Source of the DNA: an uncultured Pseudomonadota bacterium
Lineage (GTDB): Bacteria; Pseudomonadota; Alphaproteobacteria; JACZXZ01
DNA: 64,000 nt
Direction of reading: 5' to 3'
Assembly: GCA_963749075.1 (NCBI GenBank)
Contig: CAVVLJ010000017.1
Location: 864,001 to 928,000, forward strand
Under the pieces are notes generated by a model, which was not told the origin of the DNA, made no database searches, and saw nothing but the letters and a program-made list of their open reading frames with translations. A program made the translations under genes and the position numbers. This document shows, piece after piece, positions 59,492-64,000 of the stretch (positions within the stretch are counted from its first letter, which is position 1; each line of letters starts with the position of its first letter).

Positions 59492-60298
59492 TCACGCCGT
59501 GACCGCCGCCACCTCGGCGGACGGACCAGCGGCCTCGCCGCCGCCGCGCCGTCCCGCCGTCTGCCAGATCACCGTGCGCCGCTCGACCGCGCGCACCAGC
59601 GCGTTGAAGGCGACGGTCAGGAGGATGATGAGCAGCACGGCGGCGAAGACGTGGGTGCTGTCGAGGACGGTACGGTAGCGCGTCACGAGATAGCCGATGC
59701 CGGCGGCGGACGTGAGCATCTCCGAGACCACGACGCCCACGATGACGAGGGCGCCGCCCAGGCGCAGGCCCGCGAGCACCGTCGGGATCGAGGCCGGAAT
59801 GATCACCCGCGCCACGCGCTGGGAAAACGAGGCGCCCATGCTGCGCGCGGCGAGGAGAAGCTGGGGATCGATGGTGCGGATGCCGGCGGCGGTGCCGAGC
59901 ATCGTGGGAAAGAAGCCGTAGACCCCGGCGAAGGCAATCTTCGATTCCGAGCCGATGCCGAGCCAGGCGGTGAAGACCGGGTAGAGGATCACGATCGGCA
60001 CGGCATAGAGCGTCGAGAAGAGCGGCAAAAGGAGACTGCGCGTGAGCGCGAAGCCGCCGACCGCGGCACCCGCGAGGATGCCGCCGCCGCAGGCGATGAC
60101 CATGGCGAGCGCCATCTCGTAAAGCGTCACCCAGAGTGCCGCCGCATATTCCTGCCAGTCGGCGACGGCGGCCGCGATGGTCGCGCTGAGCGGCGGCAGG
60201 AAGAGCACGGGCACGAGGCCGAGGCGGGGCAGCGCCTCCCACAGCACGATCAGCGTGACGACGATGATCCGGCGCGCGGCAGCGGGGGAAGGGCGCAT
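59492..60298 (-). CDS. ABC permease, NitT/TauT family
   Basis: VPIVILYP, AARSMGAS, VVSEM. Confidence 0.9.
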   Translation of the reverse strand: MRPSPAAARRIIVVTLIVLWEALPRLGLVPVLFLPPLSATIAAAVADWQEYAAALWVTLYEMALAMVIACGGGILAGAAVGGFALTRSLLLPLFSTLYAVPIVILYPVFTAWLGIGSESKIAFAGVYGFFPTMLGTAAGIRTIDPQLLLAARSMGASFSQRVARVIIPASIPTVLAGLRLGGALVIVGVVVSEMLTSAAGIGYLVTRYRTVLDSTHVFAAVLLIILLTVAFNALVRAVERRTVIWQTAGRRGGGEAAGPSAEVAAVTA

Positions 60299-60306
60299 CG
60301 CCTACC

Positions 60307-61086
60307 TCACGCCGCCGAGCGGATCTGCCGCCAGATGCGGTCGCGCAGGCGCCCAAAGGCGTCGCTCGCCATCATCTCGTAGGTGCGCGGGCGCGCGAGC
60401 GCCACCTCGATGCGGTCGATGATGCGGCCGGGGCGCGGCGACATCACCAGCACCTCGTCGGCGAGATAGACCGCCTCGGTCAAGCTGTGGGTGACGAAGA
60501 CCACGGTCTTCCCGGTTTTGGACCAGATGCGCAGCAGCTCCTCTCCCATGGTCATGCGCGTCTGCTCGTCGAGGGCGGCGAAGGGCTCGTCCATGAGCAG
60601 GACCGGCGGGTCCTGGACGAGGCCGCGGGCGATCGCGACGCGCTGCTTCATGCCGCCCGAGAGCTCGTGGGGATAGCGGCCGTCGAAGCCCTCGAGCCCG
60701 ACGAGACGCAGCATGGCCGCCGCGCGCCGGCGCCGCTCTTCTCGCGGCAGGCGGCGGATGGCAAGGGGGAACTCGACGTTCTCGACGGCGGTGAGCCAGG
60801 GGAAGAGGCTCGCGTCCTGGAAGACGACGCCGACGCGGTCGGGGTCGGGATCGAGGATCGGCCGGCCGTCGCAGAGGATCGTCCCCGCCATGGGGCGCCT
60901 CAAGCCCGCCATCATCATGAGGAGCGAGGATTTGCCGCAGCCGCTCGGGCCGACCACGACGGCAAAGCGTCCGGGTGCGACCGAGAGCGAGACGCCGGAG
61001 AGCGCCGGCACCTCGCCGCCGGCGCCGGCATAGACGTGGGTCACCTCCTGGACCTCGACGGCCCCCCGCTCGCGCAACGCGGTCAC
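60307..61086 (-). CDS. ABC ATP-binding protein
   Basis: GPSGCGKS, LSGGMKQR, MDEPFAALD, THSLTEA; start 61086 (GTG) or 61095 (ATG). Confidence 0.92.
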   Translation of the reverse strand: MTALRERGAVEVQEVTHVYAGAGGEVPALSGVSLSVAPGRFAVVVGPSGCGKSSLLMMMAGLRRPMAGTILCDGRPILDPDPDRVGVVFQDASLFPWLTAVENVEFPLAIRRLPREERRRRAAAMLRLVGLEGFDGRYPHELSGGMKQRVAIARGLVQDPPVLLMDEPFAALDEQTRMTMGEELLRIWSKTGKTVVFVTHSLTEAVYLADEVLVMSPRPGRIIDRIEVALARPRTYEMMASDAFGRLRDRIWRQIRSAA

Positions 61087-61835
61087 GCTCGCCATGCGCT
61101 CGACCGCGTCTCGAGCCAGCGGATCGCCTCGTTGCAGGCGATCGAGAGCAGCGCCACCAGCAGCACGCTGGCGTAGAGCTGCGGCATCATGAAGTCGTCG
61201 CCCCAATTGGCGATGCGATTGCCGATGCCGGTGCGCGAGGCGTACATCTCGGCGAGGATGACGCCGGTGAAATTGAAGATCATCGCGATGCGCAGCGTCT
61301 CGAGCAGCACCGGCAGCATGCTCGGCGCATAGACCCGCGTCACGGTCTGGAGCCGCCCGGCACCGCAGGCGCGCGCCACGAGGAGGTGATCGGCGCGCAC
61401 CGATTCGACCGCGGCCGCGGCCCCCATGATGAGGATGAAGACGGTCGAGAGCATGCCGAAGGCGACCTTCTGCCAGAAGCCGATGCCGAGCGCCAGGATC
61501 ATCAGCGGCAGGAAGATCGATTTCGGAATGCTGAGCACGAAGAAGAAGAGCGGCTTGAGCACGCGGCCGGCATAGTCGCTCTCCGCCACGAGCACGCCGA
61601 CCGCGGCCCCGAGCGGCACCGCGAGGGCGAAAGCGACGAGTATCTCGCCGATCGTCATCAAAAGGTCGCTCTTCATCGCCGGGCGGCCGAGAATGTCGAG
61701 CAGCGTGACGACCGTGGTGCTGAAGGGCGGCAGGAGCTGCGCGTTCACCGCACCGCTCCGCGGCAGCGCCTCCCACGCCGCGAGAAGGGCGGCGAGGATG
61801 GCGAACCGCCCGAGAAGGATGCCGCTCCGGCTCAC
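61083..61835 (-). CDS. ABC permease, NitT/TauT family
   Basis: IPKSIFLP, VARACGA, ILAEMY. Confidence 0.88.
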   Translation of the reverse strand: MSRSGILLGRFAILAALLAAWEALPRSGAVNAQLLPPFSTTVVTLLDILGRPAMKSDLLMTIGEILVAFALAVPLGAAVGVLVAESDYAGRVLKPLFFFVLSIPKSIFLPLMILALGIGFWQKVAFGMLSTVFILIMGAAAAVESVRADHLLVARACGAGRLQTVTRVYAPSMLPVLLETLRIAMIFNFTGVILAEMYASRTGIGNRIANWGDDFMMPQLYASVLLVALLSIACNEAIRWLETRSSAWRA

Positions 61836-61846
61836 GCTTCCCCCCT

Positions 61847-62809
61847 TCAGGGCTTGGTCGGCACCGGCTTGAAGGTGGTGACGAAGATCCGGTCCGCGGG
61901 GGCGAGGTCCTTCATGCCGCCGAGGGCGGCGAGCTCGAGCGCGCGCACCACCCATTCCTTTTGGATGACGCCGTTGGCCGAGAGCTTGACGATGTTGCCC
62001 TCGTATTCCATGGCGGCGATCTCGGGAGGGATCTCGTCGATCTCGGAGATCGTCTTGATCGCCGCCTCGCGGTTGTTGCGCAGGTAGGCGAGCGCGCCAT
62101 AGATCGCGTTCACCGTGCGCTGCACGAGCTGAGGCTTCTCCTCGATCATCTTGTCGGTCGCGATCCAGCCGCCGTTGAGATGGGGCGGCACGGCTGTGCC
62201 GTAGTCGATCAGGCTCACCGCCTGCTTCGAGCGCATCATCTGGAAGGAGAGCGGCGAGTAGAGCACCGCGGCGTCCACGTTGCCTGAGAGCATGTTGGGG
62301 ACGAGCCCGCCGCCGCCGAGGGGCACGCGGGTGAAGTTGATCTTCTTGTCCTGGATCGTCCAGAGCGCCAGGAGATCGGTGCCGGAGCCCGCCGAGGTGA
62401 TGCCGACCTTCTTGCCGTCGAGCTGGGACACGTTGGTGATCTTCGAGCCGGTCGGCACCATGAGATGCCAGCCGAAATAGGCGAGAGCACCGCAGGTGAC
62501 GAGCTTGGACTTGATGCCCTTGGTGACGCCTGCCGCGACCAGCGAGGGGGCATCCAAGATCACGTCGGCGGCGCCGGCGGCGAGCCCCTCGAAGGCCTCG
62601 CCCCCGCTCCGGTAGACGGTGAGCTCGGCCGTGATCCCTTCCTTGGCGAAGAGCTTCTGCCTGACCGCGGTCTCGGCAAGAACGGTTGGCCAATAGGTCT
62701 TGGTCGGCAGCCCGATGCGCACCGTATCGTCGGCGCGCGCCTCGACGGCGGCGCCGGTCCAGAGCGCCGCGAGCGCCACTCCCAAGGCAAGACGAATGCA
62801 TGCTCGCAT
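61847..62809 (-). CDS. ABC substrate-binding protein, NitT/TauT family
   Basis: Signal peptide; LFAKEGI, LDGKKVGITSAGSGT, EKPQLVQR. Confidence 0.88.
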   Translation of the reverse strand: MRACIRLALGVALAALWTGAAVEARADDTVRIGLPTKTYWPTVLAETAVRQKLFAKEGITAELTVYRSGGEAFEGLAAGAADVILDAPSLVAAGVTKGIKSKLVTCGALAYFGWHLMVPTGSKITNVSQLDGKKVGITSAGSGTDLLALWTIQDKKINFTRVPLGGGGLVPNMLSGNVDAAVLYSPLSFQMMRSKQAVSLIDYGTAVPPHLNGGWIATDKMIEEKPQLVQRTVNAIYGALAYLRNNREAAIKTISEIDEIPPEIAAMEYEGNIVKLSANGVIQKEWVVRALELAALGGMKDLAPADRIFVTTFKPVPTKP

Positions 62810-63001
62810 GATCGTTTCCTCCCCAGTGCCGTTCGGATGTTCTTGTTGCGGCCGGCCCCGAACGCTTCACAGACTATGACCCGCCGTGCTGGTGCGTTGC
62901 AAGCCTCCCGCGCCGCGTGCGGCGAGGCTTCCGCCCGCCGCATGACCTCTTCGAGCAGCGTTGCCGTCAGGCCGCTATCGTGCCGAGCCGGCTTGCCTGC
63001 G

Positions 63002-64000
63002 TCAGCGCTGAGCCCGCGGAGCGCTGCCCTCCCTCCACCGCTTCAACGCCTCCGCCGCCGCCGCGATCTCCGCCTCCGACCCCGCGAAGGAGAAGCGCAA
63101 CGTACGCCTGCCCCGCGCCGCGTCGAAATCGGTGCCCGGTGCGGCGGCCACGCCCGCCTCCTCGAGCATGCGCTTAGAGAAGGCCTCGCTGTCGTTGGTC
63201 AAGTGGTGCACGTCGGCATAGAGGTAGAAGGCGCCGTCGGCGGGCGCGAAACGGTCGAAGCCGGCGTTCGGGAGCTCGCGCAAGAGGAGGGCGCGGTTGC
63301 GCGCGTAGCCGGCCACGATGGTATCGAGCTCGGCCGTGCACTCGAAGGCCGTCTCGGCCGCGATCTGGCTCAAGGCGGGCGGGCTGATGTAGAGGTTCTG
63401 CGCCAGGCACTCGATGGGGCGCACGAGATCGCGAGGTGCCACCATCCAGCCGATGCGCCAGCCGGTCATCGCGTAGTATTTCGAGAAGCTGTTGACCACG
63501 ATGGCCGCCTCGCTCGCGGCGAGCGCCGTCGCCGCCGGCGCCTCGTAGGTGATGCCGTGGTAGATCTCGTCGGAGACGAAGCGGATGCCGCTCGTCTCGC
63601 AGTGCCGCGCCAGGCGTGCCAGCTCGTCGGCCGCCAGCATGGTGCCGGCCGGATTGGAGGGGCTCGCGACGATGAGCCCGTCGAGCGGGCCCACCTCCTC
63701 GACGAGCTCGACCGTCGGCTGGAAACGCGTCGCCTCGCCCGCCTCGATGATCACCGGCTCGATGCCGAATGCGGTCAGGATGTTGCGGTAGGCGGGGTAG
63801 CTCGGCGAGGCGAGCGCCACGCGGTCGCCGGGATCGAAGGCGGCGAGGAAGGCGGTGACGAAGGCGCCCGAGGAGCCGGTGGTGACGACGATGCGCTCGC
63901 GCGGCACGGCTATGCCGTAGCGCTCCCGATAATGCCGCGCGATGCGCTCGCGCAAAGTAGCGGTGCCGAGCGCCTCGGTATAGCCGAGCCGGTCGCTGCC
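63002..64000 (-). CDS. Class I/II (aspartate-type) aminotransferase, 5' end outside window
   Basis: TTGSS, SPSNPAG, SDEIYHG, NSFSKYYAMTGWRIGW, LRFSFA. Confidence 0.92.
   Translation of the reverse strand, partial: GSDRLGYTEALGTATLRERIARHYRERYGIAVPRERIVVTTGSSGAFVTAFLAAFDPGDRVALASPSYPAYRNILTAFGIEPVIIEAGEATRFQPTVELVEEVGPLDGLIVASPSNPAGTMLAADELARLARHCETSGIRFVSDEIYHGITYEAPAATALAASEAAIVVNSFSKYYAMTGWRIGWMVAPRDLVRPIECLAQNLYISPPALSQIAAETAFECTAELDTIVAGYARNRALLLRELPNAGFDRFAPADGAFYLYADVHHLTNDSEAFSKRMLEEAGVAAAPGTDFDAARGRRTLRFSFAGSEAEIAAAAEALKRWREGSAPRAQR

Overview
High-GC alphaproteobacterial chromosome segment, probably Rhodospirillales-like (inferred from gene order and the RNase E C-terminal GWW motif). 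Core blocks are rne-amiC-mrcA-prfB (with the programmed +1 frameshift), msrA, bcp-glnE/yhdP-like, tyrS/anmK, hydrolase/cysE-nifS-fdx-mnmA-SCP2 and tRNA-Met. Accessory blocks are interleaved. (i) 1-4.8 kb is a mosaic with short degenerate palindromic repeats and a probable group II intron 5' relic. (ii) A triple-TIR-like gene is coupled to an effector-less nSTAND1 NTPase-TM-TPR receptor, facing a secreted TPR protein. (iii) A three-gene operon places an NTT/TLC-like nucleotide transporter between two Tat-signal NAD(P)H enzymes. (iv) Two secreted Cys-capped MORN proteins. (v) An IclR-hydantoinase-ABC-PLP catabolic island. (vi) A post-tRNA patch (GIY-YIG, ParE TA) and a MetE-like/ABC cluster bracketed by a duplicated aminotransferase 3' end. 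Three single-base insertions (glnE, yhdP-like, iclR) are probably sequencing errors. Several short C-terminal gene relics (TA toxin, dctM, iscS, aminotransferase) mark deletion or insertion scars. No CRISPR array, rRNA, transposase or integrase was seen. All calls are from motif recognition; no database searches were run.
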